Assembly: GCA_044226625.1 (NCBI GenBank)
Contig: JBGAGQ010000043.1
Location: forward strand, 1-52,699
Source: Thermoanaerobaculia bacterium
GTDB taxonomy: Bacteria > Acidobacteriota > Thermoanaerobaculia > Multivoradales > UBA5704
Reading direction: 5' to 3'
Length of the DNA: 52,699 nucleotides
Shown here: positions 7,629-17,199 of the stretch, in pieces
Position numbering within the stretch: position 1 is the first letter of the stretch
How the letters are laid out: every line of letters begins with the position of its first letter
The notes under the pieces: model-generated
Seen by the model: the letters and a program-made list of their open reading frames with translations, nothing else
Database searches by the model: none
Told to the model about the DNA's origin: nothing
Position numbers and translations under genes: made by a program

Positions 7629-8870
7629 ATGCCACAGTCCTCTGTCGTCGAGCGCTTCCTGCGCTATGTGACCTACGACACCCAGTCCTGCGAGAATTCG
7701 GATACCTACCCGAGCACGCTCAAGCAGCTCGACCTCTTGCGCCAGCTCGTGGACGAGCTTCGCACCCTGGGGCTCTCCGACGCGGCGATCGACGAGCACG
7801 GCTACGTGATGGCGACGATCCCGGCGACGACGCAGAAGGCGGGCGTGCCGACGATCGGCTTCATCGCCCACGTCGACACCTCCCCGGAGATGAGCGGCGC
7901 GGGGGTCAAGCCGATCATCCATCGCAACTACCAGGGGGGCGACATCGTCCTGCCCGACGATCCCTCCGCCGTGCTCCGCCCGTCGGAACTGCCATACCTG
8001 CTCGAGCGGATCGGCGACGATCTGATCACCGCCTCGGGCACGACGCTGCTCGGCGCCGACAACAAATCGGGCGTCGCCGAGATCATGGCGGCGGCGGAAT
8101 TCTTGCTCGCGCACCCCGAGATTCCCCACGGACCGATTCGGGTCGGCTTCACACCGGACGAAGAGGTGGGCAACGGTACGAAATACCTCGACGTCCAGAA
8201 GTTCGGCGCGCTCTGCGCCTACACGATGGACGGCGGGCGGCGCGGCGAGCTCGAGTACGAAAGCTTTTCGGCCGACGCGATGACGATCACGTTCAAGGGG
8301 CGGAACACCCACCCCGGATTCGCCAAGGGTGTGATGGTCAACTCGATCAAGGTCGCCGCCGACTTCATCCACCGTCTTCCCAAGGACGGCCTCGCCCCCG
8401 AGACGACCGAGGATTATGAGGGGTACGTCCATCCGTACGTGGTCGTCCCGAGCGTTGACCAGACGGCGGTGAAACTGCTGATCCGCGACTTCAAGACCCC
8501 CGGCCTCGGCGAAAAGGAAGCCTGGCTCGCGAAGCTCGCCGAGGAGACCGTTGCGGACTGGCCCGGCGCCTCGTTCGAGTCCAAAGTGGACGAGAGCTAT
8601 CGCAACATGCGCGAGGTGCTGGACCACCACCCGCAGGTGGTCGAGAACGCGCGCGAGGCGATCCGCCGCGCGGGCATGGAGCCGCACACCCAGCCGATCC
8701 GCGGCGGCACCGACGGCTCCAAGCTCTCCTTCATGGGTCTCCCCACGCCGAACGTCTTCGCGGGCGAGCAGAGTTTCCACTCCCGGTTCGAGTGGGTCTC
8801 GGTCCAGGACATGGAGAAAGCGGTCGAGGTGATCGTTGAGCTCGCGAAGGTTTGGGAGGAGCGGACGTAA
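7629..8870 (+). CDS. pepT: Peptidase T (M20 tripeptide aminopeptidase)
   Basis: ERFLRYVTYDTQS, IGFIAHVDTSP, LLGADNKSG, FTPDEEVG, PIRGGTDGSKLS, HSRFEWVS. RBS AGGAG. Confidence 0.97.
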   Translation: MPQSSVVERFLRYVTYDTQSCENSDTYPSTLKQLDLLRQLVDELRTLGLSDAAIDEHGYVMATIPATTQKAGVPTIGFIAHVDTSPEMSGAGVKPIIHRNYQGGDIVLPDDPSAVLRPSELPYLLERIGDDLITASGTTLLGADNKSGVAEIMAAAEFLLAHPEIPHGPIRVGFTPDEEVGNGTKYLDVQKFGALCAYTMDGGRRGELEYESFSADAMTITFKGRNTHPGFAKGVMVNSIKVAADFIHRLPKDGLAPETTEDYEGYVHPYVVVPSVDQTAVKLLIRDFKTPGLGEKEAWLAKLAEETVADWPGASFESKVDESYRNMREVLDHHPQVVENAREAIRRAGMEPHTQPIRGGTDGSKLSFMGLPTPNVFAGEQSFHSRFEWVSVQDMEKAVEVIVELAKVWEERT

Positions 8871-8918
8871 GGGAACTTCGGGCGCCAGTCGGTTTCGCGG
8901 TTCACTCGTAGCGAACAG

Positions 8919-10646
8919 CTAACGAACCGTGATCTTCACGACGTTCGAAGGGAACGAGAACCCCGCGCCTCCTCTCGCCAGCACTCGGAAGCTGTAGGTA
9001 CCTGGCCCCGGCGGAAGGAAAAAAGCAAAATCGAGCTTTCCTCGATCCTGGTACTCCTTGAAGTCTTCGGCGTCCTTTTTGATCTCGATGACGTAGGCGG
9101 GCGGTGGACTCGTCGGACTCTTCCGCCAGGCTAGATAGAACTGAGCTTGGTCGAATCTTCGAATGGTTAGACTGGAGGCCGATCGGGGAACCCTCGTGGG
9201 CTCGAGGTATTTCCGAAGCCGGCTGAGACCTCCGCCGAATCGACCGTCGACCTGCTTGCTCTGCGCCAACCCGGGGCAGTCGGCCACCGAAGTTGGTCCG
9301 CAGTGACCTCGAAGTTGGCCTTGGATTACACCTCCATCCGATAGCAACGCGGATCCCGAGCTTCCATTCCAGGTCGCCCCGCGGGGAAAGGTCGTGCCCG
9401 GCATCGGAATGTCGTCAAAATAACTGAACACATAGCTCGGATACCCCGCGTCGGCACACGACCGAAGGCCGGCGGAGATCGCGACCGTGAACTTCATCGG
9501 CAAAGCACACGGATGCGAGAGCCTATGGTGAAGGAGGTTCGCCGGAGGAGGCGAGAAATCAGGAGGATCTACCCCGGCCCAATCAAGGAACGTGCGGCCC
9601 GGCGGGAGTCGTTGGAGGCGGAGAAAGAGAAGGTCCACCTCCGGCATCCGCTCGAGAACGCGGCCGCCGTTGACGCGATGAAGCTGGGACAGAGGAGGTG
9701 TCGCACCGTTGCAGGTTGCGGGAATGTAATCGAAGTAGGACTCGAGACCGGTCAGAGTGGAGCTCGCTCCCAGGCAGTGGCTGGCAGTAAGCAGGTAGGG
9801 AATCTTGGTTCCGGGTACCGCGTCGGCGACCAGCGTGCCGGTACAAGACCAGGCTCCGGCGCCGGCGATCAGGTCGACTCTCGCGACCGCCTTCTTCTCG
9901 GATTCGATGTTGCGGTAGAGGAGATACTGGTCGACCCCATCGTCGTAATGCACCGGGTGAGCGCAAGCGGCGTCCACTAGGCATGCCTCGACAGGACACG
10001 CCGTGTTTCCCAGGCTCGAGAGATCGAAGATCTCGAGCACGGAATCCACCGTGAGGGCGTAAGAAGCCCCGGCGGCGCCATCCGGAACGGGAACCTGAAC
10101 CAAGAGATGCGCAACCGGACCCGCCACACTTGGAGTCCAAAGATCGCCCTCCCTCTCTTGAAGTTCAAGCCCAAAGGCGGTGACGTCATAATCCTCTGTT
10201 CCGAAGACCCAAAATCTCGTCCCAGGCGGATATCTCCGAGGAGCGAGGTGCAGTCGGAGGCGATAGGAATCCCGAACGTCCACCGCGGCCGCTAGGTAGA
10301 CTGCGGCGGACCGGGAATCCACGAAACCTCCCGGCCGGAGCTTCACCGGGTCCCGGGGGTTCACCGAGAGCGTCAACGGCTCTTCAAGGGCTCGGACGAA
10401 GCCGATCTTCAGCGGAGGCGTGCCCGAGGTGTTCCACTGGACGAGCTCCTTCAGATCGTCGGGCGAACCTTCACGCGCAGGAACCAGATCGGCCTGCGGA
10501 AGGCCCTCTCGCAGGCGGCTCCATACGGAAGGTAAATCGCTGATTCGGAGGGTGGGCCCCACGGCGAGTTCGCTGGCGGGATAGGCGGCGCGACTCGCTG
10601 TCGGGCAAAAAAGCAATGCTCCACAAAGCAGGAAGCGGAGGCTCAT
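8919..10646 (-). CDS. Secreted trypsin-like (S1) serine protease, lysyl-endopeptidase-like, with long prodomain and C-terminal FN3
   Basis: Signal peptide. Triad YLLTASHC (His), EVDLLFLRL (Asp), WNGSSGSAL (Ser). WSCTGTLV. C-terminal FN3 (LAW...YSFRVLA...SNVV). Alternative GTG start at 10661. Confidence 0.85.
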   Translation of the reverse strand: MSLRFLLCGALLFCPTASRAAYPASELAVGPTLRISDLPSVWSRLREGLPQADLVPAREGSPDDLKELVQWNTSGTPPLKIGFVRALEEPLTLSVNPRDPVKLRPGGFVDSRSAAVYLAAAVDVRDSYRLRLHLAPRRYPPGTRFWVFGTEDYDVTAFGLELQEREGDLWTPSVAGPVAHLLVQVPVPDGAAGASYALTVDSVLEIFDLSSLGNTACPVEACLVDAACAHPVHYDDGVDQYLLYRNIESEKKAVARVDLIAGAGAWSCTGTLVADAVPGTKIPYLLTASHCLGASSTLTGLESYFDYIPATCNGATPPLSQLHRVNGGRVLERMPEVDLLFLRLQRLPPGRTFLDWAGVDPPDFSPPPANLLHHRLSHPCALPMKFTVAISAGLRSCADAGYPSYVFSYFDDIPMPGTTFPRGATWNGSSGSALLSDGGVIQGQLRGHCGPTSVADCPGLAQSKQVDGRFGGGLSRLRKYLEPTRVPRSASSLTIRRFDQAQFYLAWRKSPTSPPPAYVIEIKKDAEDFKEYQDRGKLDFAFFLPPGPGTYSFRVLARGGAGFSFPSNVVKITVR

Positions 10647-10694
10647 GGCGCACCTCGTCACATCCTCTAAATTTACTATTTATTTTTTGTTAAT

Positions 10695-13070
10695 TCAAGC
10701 TCTTCCGGTTTTTGCCTCAGCCGCAGACCACCCGTACCTGCAGCGTCCTTCCCGCCTCGACCTTGCCGAGCACCCCTCCGGGAAGGGACCGGCCATCGAC
10801 CTCGACGTTCGCCTCGCCGAGGCGGAGCCCCGGCTGCCGTTCGATCTCGACCTCCAGGGTCGCGCCGCGGTAGGGGCGACGCATCCGGGCGCGCGGCCAG
10901 GAGGGGGGCAGACAGGGACGCCGAGCACGTTCTCGGCGACGACGCGCGGCAGCCAGGCGGCCGAGCCGGTGTACCAGGTCCAGCCGGCGCGGCCGCGGAA
11001 GGGGCTCTCGGGACCGTCGACGTTGCCTGGCAGCACGTAGGGCTCGGCCCAGTAGAAGTCCGGCTCGTGGAGCGACGGGTTGATCCAGGCGAGGAGCCGC
11101 TCGACCGACTCGCAGTCGTTCATCGCGGCGGCCGCGGCGATCGCCCAGGTTGCCGCGTGCGTATACACGCCGCCGTTTTCGCGCAGCCCCGGCGCGTAGC
11201 GAGTGATGTAGCCGACCGTCTCGTCCGGCTCGCTCCACGCGGGAGCCAGAAGCAGCGCGCCGACGCCCGGGCAGAGAAGGTGGGTGCGCACGGAGGCCCA
11301 GGCCGCGGCGGCTCGCTCGGGCCGGGCGGCGCCTGACAGGACCGCCCAGGTCTGGGCGTTCAGGAAGATCCGGCCGAACCGGTTGTCGGCGCTGCCGATC
11401 CAGGTGCCGTCGTCGCGCGTGGCGCGGCGGTACCAAGCGCCGTCCCAGGCGTGCTCCTCGATCGCCGAAAGATAGGCGGCGCGGCGCGCGAGGAAGTCCT
11501 CGGCCTTGCCCGCCTCGCCGCGGCGGCGGGCGATCTCGGCCCAGTCGGCGAGCAGACCGACGAGGAACCAGGCGAGCCAAACCGACTCCCCCGCTTCCAG
11601 CAGACCCACGGCGGAAAGACCGTCGTTCCAATCGCCCGCGCCGATGTAGGGCAGTCCGCGCTCGCTGGTGCGGGAGAAGACTCGCGCGAAGGCGCGATCG
11701 ATGTGCTCGGAAAGGGAGCCCGGCCGCGGCTCGTCGAGATACGGCGCGCGGTCGTCGAGCAGCGCGAGCTCCCCTACTTCTTTGGCGTAGTTCGCGGTGA
11801 CGAACGCGAGCCAGAGCAGGTCGTCGGTCATCCGGGTGACGTGGCCCTGCTCGGTGAGCGGGTGCCACCAGTGGACGACCGATCCGTCGGCGAACTGGTG
11901 GCCGGAATGGAGAGCGATCTGCGCCCGGCAGCGCGCGGGCTCGATGGTGAGCCAGACCTGCGAGTCCTGGAGCTGGTCGCGAAATCCGAACGCTCCGCTC
12001 TGCTGGTAGTAGCCGGCGCGCCCCCAGAGCCGCGCCGAGATCGCCTGGTAGCGCAGCCAGTTGTTCGCCAGCCGGTCGAGCGAGGCGTCGGGGGTTTCGA
12101 TGCGGAAGCCGGCGAGGAGGTCGCGCCAGCGCGAGACCGCGCGCTCGAACGAAGCGTCCATCGCCTCCGTGGGGGCGAAGCGCCGACCGAGCTCCGCGGC
12201 CGAGCCGGCCTCTTCCGTGGTCGCGAGGACGAACCCGCCGTCCCACCGGCCGTTACCGGGCAGGTCGATCTCGGCGCGGAGGACCGCGATCGGGTCGTAA
12301 TGCCGGCCGAACCGCCCGGCCCAGAGCCGCGTCGGCTCGAGCGCCACGGGGCGCCGCCAGTCGCCGCCGATTCCGAGGAACGCCGCCTTGTCCCCCTCCG
12401 CCGCGGCGATCGGCTGCGCGGAGACGAACGCGCTCCAAAACGGGAAGGAGGTGTTCCAGTGCCCCCAGCGGGAGCTTCCGACGTCCCACATGTGGCTGCC
12501 GGCGACGATTCCCGGCAGCTCCGGCAGCCAGCGGGTTTCGAGGAACAGCTTCTGGAACTCGCGCCGCGGCGCGGGCGAGGTACCGCAGTTCCATTCGAGG
12601 AACGGAACGAGCGAAAGGCGCCGGGCGCGTCCCTGCCGCTCGACGAGCGAGACGCGCCAGATTTCGACCGTCTCGTCCGGGACGACGAACAGCGTCCAGG
12701 TCGCCCGGACGCCGTCGTGCTCCGATTCGAAGGTCGTATAGCCGAGACCGTGCCGGCAGACGTGGCCGCCGAGCTCGAAGCCGCACGGGGCGGGGGCGAG
12801 CGAGGCGATCCGGCCGTCCTCCCGATCGCTCAGGTAGAGGAAGCGGCCGGACCGGTCGTCGGCGAGATCCTGCTGCCAACGCACGATCGCGCCCAGCTGC
12901 GAGTTGTCGATCCAGGAAAAGCCGCTCCCCGTCTGCGACACCGCGAGCCCAACGCGCGGATTGGAGATCACGTTCGCCCAGGGACGCGGCGTCCGCGGGT
13001 CGGTGATCACGTATTCGGAACCGTCGGCTGAGAAATGCCCGTAGCGGTTGTGGTCGTGCCCTGCGCTCAT
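10695..13070 (-). CDS. GH94 glycoside phosphorylase, NdvB/Cgs C-terminal-like; frameshifted near the C-terminus
   Basis: TPRPWANVI, GYYQQSGAFGFRDQLQD, HWWHP, DDLLWL, GDWNDG (catalytic Asp), GESVWL, RENGGVYTHA, GWTWYTGSA. ATG 13070 has a GGAGAGG RBS; alternative TTG start at 13112. The sequence after VLGV leaves the family frame. Confidence 0.9.
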   Translation of the reverse strand: MSAGHDHNRYGHFSADGSEYVITDPRTPRPWANVISNPRVGLAVSQTGSGFSWIDNSQLGAIVRWQQDLADDRSGRFLYLSDREDGRIASLAPAPCGFELGGHVCRHGLGYTTFESEHDGVRATWTLFVVPDETVEIWRVSLVERQGRARRLSLVPFLEWNCGTSPAPRREFQKLFLETRWLPELPGIVAGSHMWDVGSSRWGHWNTSFPFWSAFVSAQPIAAAEGDKAAFLGIGGDWRRPVALEPTRLWAGRFGRHYDPIAVLRAEIDLPGNGRWDGGFVLATTEEAGSAAELGRRFAPTEAMDASFERAVSRWRDLLAGFRIETPDASLDRLANNWLRYQAISARLWGRAGYYQQSGAFGFRDQLQDSQVWLTIEPARCRAQIALHSGHQFADGSVVHWWHPLTEQGHVTRMTDDLLWLAFVTANYAKEVGELALLDDRAPYLDEPRPGSLSEHIDRAFARVFSRTSERGLPYIGAGDWNDGLSAVGLLEAGESVWLAWFLVGLLADWAEIARRRGEAGKAEDFLARRAAYLSAIEEHAWDGAWYRRATRDDGTWIGSADNRFGRIFLNAQTWAVLSGAARPERAAAAWASVRTHLLCPGVGALLLAPAWSEPDETVGYITRYAPGLRENGGVYTHAATWAIAAAAAMNDCESVERLLAWINPSLHEPDFYWAEPYVLPGNVDGPESPFRGRAGWTWYTGSAAWLPRVVAENVLGVPVCPPPGRAPGCVAPTAARPWRSRSNGSRGSASARRTSRSMAGPFPEGCSARSRREGRCRYGWSAAEAKTGRA
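10717..10917 (-). pseudogene. Out-of-frame native C-terminal beta-sandwich of the GH94 gene
   Basis: The alternative frame reads PCLPPSWPRARMRRPYRGATLEVEIER...VEVDG...LQVRVVCG-stop, the typical GH94/GH65 C-terminal domain. Confidence 0.75.
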
Positions 13071-13108
13071 CTTCGATGCCCTCTCCGTCCCAGATTCCTC
13101 AATCGGCT

Positions 13109-16100
13109 TCAAGGCTTCCGATCAACGTCCAGCCCACGCCTCGAGGGCCGCAGCTCCACCGTCGTCGGAACACGGCGGACCGTCACGGTCCCGTCGCCCG
13201 CAATCGCCGCCGGCGCGCCGTCCACTCGCGCTTCGCCCGTTCGGCCTTCGAGGGGCCAGGTGAGGACGAGCCCTCCCGGCGGGATCTCCAACCCCTCCCC
13301 TGAGATCTCGTATCGAACCGCCTCGCCCTGGCGTGTGAGGCGGTAGCTGAGCGCTCCCCACGGGGTGCGCATCTCGGCCACGCCGAGTCCGCCTGGGCGT
13401 CCCGGCGTCGGATCGAGCCAGGACGCCGGGATCCCCGCCCCGAGGACGAGCGCCTCGTCCGACCTCCGCTCGTAGGCGAACAGGTCGAGCGCCGAGCGGA
13501 CGAAGTCGGTCGCCACCCAACCGTGCGGCAGGTCGCCGACGAACCGCGCGGCGCGCGGGTCGCGGCTCACCACCTCCGGCCATTGGTTCCAAGCGAGAGG
13601 GCGCCGATCGCCAAGATAGAAGTCGAGGGCGGAAAGCGCCCGCTCCTTCCACCCGAGCCGTAGGAAGGCTCCGACGTGGCGGATCTCGTACGGGGTATAG
13701 ACCTCCCAAGGCTTCTCGCCGGAGCGGCGTGCCGCGAGATCGCGCCAGAACGTTTCGAACGTAGCGTCGAGTGCCGTCTTCGGCAGGCGCCCCTCGAGCC
13801 CGGCGGGATCGAGCGCGATCGTGGTCGCGGTCGAGTCGAAATCTGCGAGGTCGGCCGAACCGGGAACGTAGGCGATCCCGGCGCGCGCCCGGGTCTTTTC
13901 GATCGAGGCGAGCAGGTCGGTCCGGAATTCGTCGCGCCGCGTTCCCCAGGTCGCGGCAAGGTCGGGACGTCCCAGCGAGCGCGCCAGGTCGACCGCGTCG
14001 TCGAGCCCGCGATAGGCGAAGAAGTCGTCCCAGTAAGAGTGGACCGCCTTGGCCGAATACCCCTCGTGGCTGATCGATTCGGGAAGCAGGCCGTAGGCGG
14101 CGACGCCGTTCCGTCCATCCTGGGCGCCGCGCCAGGCTTCGGTGCGCCGCGATTGGCGGAGCGCTTCCAGGTGATCGACCACCCTCCCCACCAACGGGAG
14201 CATCCGCTCACCCCAAGCTCGATTCTCGACCGGGTGGTCGTGACGGCCGTAGCGATAAACCTCGGCGATCAGGTGGATCAGCTCGCCGTGGCTGTCGTGC
14301 TCCGGCACCGAGTCGGCGCCGCGCCGATCGACGCAGCAGGAGACCGTGCCGTCGGGTGAAACGTAGCCAGAGAACCAGTCGACGAACTCGCGCACGGCGT
14401 CGATCTCGCCGAGCCGCAGGAGCGCTACCCCCGTCAAGGCGCCGTCGCGGATCCACGAGCGGGCGTAGGCCCGCGAGCCGGGTTGAAACGCCGGGCCGTC
14501 CCGATGGACCAGAACCCAGGCGAGGCTCGAGCGGACGGTTCGCGCGATCGGCTCCGCCGACGGCGGCAGGTCGAGGCGGACCCGGCCGAGGCGGCGGCTC
14601 CAGGCGGCGGCGACCTCCGCTTCCAGAGCGGCGAAGCGTTGCGGTCCGCCGGCCGCGAGCTCGGCTGCGGCGGGGCGAGACGCCGGGTTGGAGCCTCCGG
14701 CGGCGACGACTTCGAGGGCGTCGCCCGGGGCGAGAACGAACGGCCAAGCGAGGAGGCCGGTCGCTTGGCCTTCGGGGTCGACGACCTGGGAGCGCGCGGG
14801 GAACGTGGTGGAGGCGTCGGCGAGACGCTCGACGGGGTTGCCTTCATCGAAGGTCAGCGCGCCGAATTTCGCCGAGGGAGACGTGAAGAGGGAAGGCTCT
14901 CCTTCGATCTCGACGGCGTGACCGTCTCCGAAAAGGTGGGAAAGCCGCGAGGTGCCGCCGGGATCGTTCAGGAACTGCTGGGGCGGGTTCACCTGGAACG
15001 GTCGGGCCGCGAGGTAGAGGGTTCCGGTGCGGCGCTCGTCGGAACGGTTTTCGAGCCGATACCGAGCGAGGAGCGCGCTGCCGGTTTGCACCGGGGCGGC
15101 GAGCGCGGTGATCGAGAGCCGAAGCGCCGGGGTCTCGGCCGGAAAGCTCCAGGCGACGGTCGGGATCGGCAGGTCCCCCTCGGCGAGGGATTGGTCGATA
15201 CGCGCGTCGGCCCAGGTGATGAGGCGGCTCGGTGCGCCGGAGCTCGACTCGAGCCGAACGAACGGCTCAAGAGTGTAACGCTCGGCCATCTCGATGGCGC
15301 CATCCTCGGAGACCAGCATCTCCACGGGATCTTTGTCGACGCCGACGACCGTCCAGTAGCTCTGCTCGCCGAGAAAGGCGCGCGGATAGGCGCCGCGCGG
15401 CGCCTCGGCGGCAAGCATCGAGACGAAGGCGTTGCGCGAGGCGCCTACCGAAAGAGGCCGGACGGACGGGACGATGAGGCCGAATCCCTCCGGCCCCGGA
15501 TCGCGCATCAGGAGGCGGAGCACACGGGCTTCCGTCTCCGGCAGGAAGAAATCGGTCCGTGGAGCGCCTCGCGGCTCGGCCTCGCGGACGAGGTGGAAGG
15601 TCTTGCCGTCCTCCGAGGTCTCGAGCGCGACACGGCCGGGAGCGCGCCCCGGAATCCAACGAATGCTGAGCGCCCCCACCTCGGTGAGCCCTCCGAGGTC
15701 GAGGACGTCCGGCCGAGCACCCGTCGAGTCGGTCGGCAGGCCGGTTACGGCGAGCCTCGGCGGGGTTGGGCTCGCCTTCTCGCGCGGTACCACGCCGAGT
15801 TCGGAAATCCAGACGGTCCCCTTGCCCCCCGAGGCGGCGGTGACGGTCAGCTCGAGCTGCGCGAGACGCCGGAGCGGTGGCGGCGATGCGGAATCGGGTC
15901 CCCAGGCAAACGAGACCTGCCGCTCCCGCACTCGCCACGGCTCGGCCGTGTGCGGCCAGGCGACGTTGCGGAAGACGTACCAATAGACGTTCTCGCGCGC
16001 GTCCACGAGCTTGACTTCCAGGTGGTTCGACGGCCCATCGCCGCGCACGTCGAAGCGCACCTCCCACCTCTCCGGCAGCTCCAATTCCAACGCCCGCCGG

Positions 16101-16351
16101 GCGGCCGCCCAGCCTGCGCGGCCATGAAAGTCGTACTCGAGCCGAAGGGCAGGCGCCCCGGAAGGCTCGCGGTCCGCCGAGATCGCGAGCGAGACTCCAT
16201 CGGCTGGAAGCGATTTCCAGGCGACGGGGTCGAGCAGATCGGAGGCACGGGCGGGGGAGGCGCCCAGCGCGAGATCGAGAACGACAACGAGAAGACCGAC
16301 GGCGACCTTGGCCGCCCAGCCCCAACCCGCGGCGAGCTCCTCTCTGTTCAT
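13109..16351 (-). CDS. Secreted discoidin/F5-8-type + six-hairpin (alpha/alpha)6 glycosidase-like protein
   Basis: Signal peptide. N-terminal carbohydrate-binding-like sandwich (LRLEYDF...RGDGPSNHLEVKLVD), partial F5/8 domain (LDLG...W...SEDG...EARVLRL). C-terminal YARSWIRDG, EHDSHGE, LLPESISHEGY, HSYWDDF, WNQWPEVV, GDLPHGW. 4-nt overlap with the upstream permease gene. Confidence 0.8.
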   Translation of the reverse strand: MNREELAAGWGWAAKVAVGLLVVVLDLALGASPARASDLLDPVAWKSLPADGVSLAISADREPSGAPALRLEYDFHGRAGWAAARRALELELPERWEVRFDVRGDGPSNHLEVKLVDARENVYWYVFRNVAWPHTAEPWRVRERQVSFAWGPDSASPPPLRRLAQLELTVTAASGGKGTVWISELGVVPREKASPTPPRLAVTGLPTDSTGARPDVLDLGGLTEVGALSIRWIPGRAPGRVALETSEDGKTFHLVREAEPRGAPRTDFFLPETEARVLRLLMRDPGPEGFGLIVPSVRPLSVGASRNAFVSMLAAEAPRGAYPRAFLGEQSYWTVVGVDKDPVEMLVSEDGAIEMAERYTLEPFVRLESSSGAPSRLITWADARIDQSLAEGDLPIPTVAWSFPAETPALRLSITALAAPVQTGSALLARYRLENRSDERRTGTLYLAARPFQVNPPQQFLNDPGGTSRLSHLFGDGHAVEIEGEPSLFTSPSAKFGALTFDEGNPVERLADASTTFPARSQVVDPEGQATGLLAWPFVLAPGDALEVVAAGGSNPASRPAAAELAAGGPQRFAALEAEVAAAWSRRLGRVRLDLPPSAEPIARTVRSSLAWVLVHRDGPAFQPGSRAYARSWIRDGALTGVALLRLGEIDAVREFVDWFSGYVSPDGTVSCCVDRRGADSVPEHDSHGELIHLIAEVYRYGRHDHPVENRAWGERMLPLVGRVVDHLEALRQSRRTEAWRGAQDGRNGVAAYGLLPESISHEGYSAKAVHSYWDDFFAYRGLDDAVDLARSLGRPDLAATWGTRRDEFRTDLLASIEKTRARAGIAYVPGSADLADFDSTATTIALDPAGLEGRLPKTALDATFETFWRDLAARRSGEKPWEVYTPYEIRHVGAFLRLGWKERALSALDFYLGDRRPLAWNQWPEVVSRDPRAARFVGDLPHGWVATDFVRSALDLFAYERRSDEALVLGAGIPASWLDPTPGRPGGLGVAEMRTPWGALSYRLTRQGEAVRYEISGEGLEIPPGGLVLTWPLEGRTGEARVDGAPAAIAGDGTVTVRRVPTTVELRPSRRGLDVDRKP

Positions 16352-17199
16352 TCCTTCACGCTCCCCATCAGGATCCCCTCGACGTAATGCCGCTGGAGGG
16401 CGAAGAACAGGAGCAGCACCGGCAGCACCGTGATCACGGCGCCGGCCATCATCAGCTCGGTGTCCTGGACGTGCTCACCGGAGAGGTTCGCGAGCGCCAC
16501 CGGAAGCGTCTGTTTCGCCTCGTCGGTCAAGACGACGAGGGGCCACATGAAGTCGTTCCAGGCGGAGAGAAAGGTGAAGACGCCGAGCGTCACCAGGATG
16601 GGCTTGAGCGCCGGCAGAACGACGGAGACGAAGATCCGCATTTCCGAGGCGCCGTCGACGCGCGCGGCGTCGAGCAGCTCGTCGGGGATCGAGAGCGCGA
16701 ACTGGCGGACCAGGAAGATACCGAACACCGTGGCGATGCCGGCCACCAGGACGCCCAGCCGCGAATTGACCATGCCGAGTGATTTGATCTCGAGGAAGAG
16801 CGGCAGTACCCCCACCTGCGGCGGAACGACCAGGGTGGCGAGCAGCAACGCGAACAGGCGGTCGCGCCCTTTGAAGCGGAGCTTCGCGAACGCGTAGCCC
16901 GCGGCGGCGTTGCAGAACAGCGAGACCGCGGTGATCGACAGGGCGAGGATCAGGCTGTTGCCGAACGCCCGACCGAGGTGGAGCCGGGCGAAGAGCGTCT
17001 CGTACTGCGCGAGGGTCGGCCGGCTTGGCAGCCAACGGAGCGGCAGGGCCAGCGCCTCGCCCGAAGGCATGAGCGAGGCCGAGATCATCCACAACAGCGG
17101 CAGCAGCGTGACCACCGCGAGCAGGAGGAGCAGGGCGTTGACCGCGAACGCCGCGACCCGGCGTCGCACCTTGGGATCGATCCGCCCCGCGCCGCTCAT
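16348..17199 (-). CDS. Carbohydrate ABC transporter permease (MalG-like)
   Basis: EAA loop IPDELLDAARVDGASEMRIF, WNDFMWPL, 6 TM. ATG 17199 overlaps the upstream stop. Confidence 0.95.
   Translation of the reverse strand: MSGAGRIDPKVRRRVAAFAVNALLLLLAVVTLLPLLWMISASLMPSGEALALPLRWLPSRPTLAQYETLFARLHLGRAFGNSLILALSITAVSLFCNAAAGYAFAKLRFKGRDRLFALLLATLVVPPQVGVLPLFLEIKSLGMVNSRLGVLVAGIATVFGIFLVRQFALSIPDELLDAARVDGASEMRIFVSVVLPALKPILVTLGVFTFLSAWNDFMWPLVVLTDEAKQTLPVALANLSGEHVQDTELMMAGAVITVLPVLLLFFALQRHYVEGILMGSVKE

Noticed and set aside
10900-10925. Programmed -1 ribosomal frameshift in GH94
   Set aside because: No X XXY YYZ slippery site at the junction, and about ten family residues seem to be missing, which fits a deletion better.
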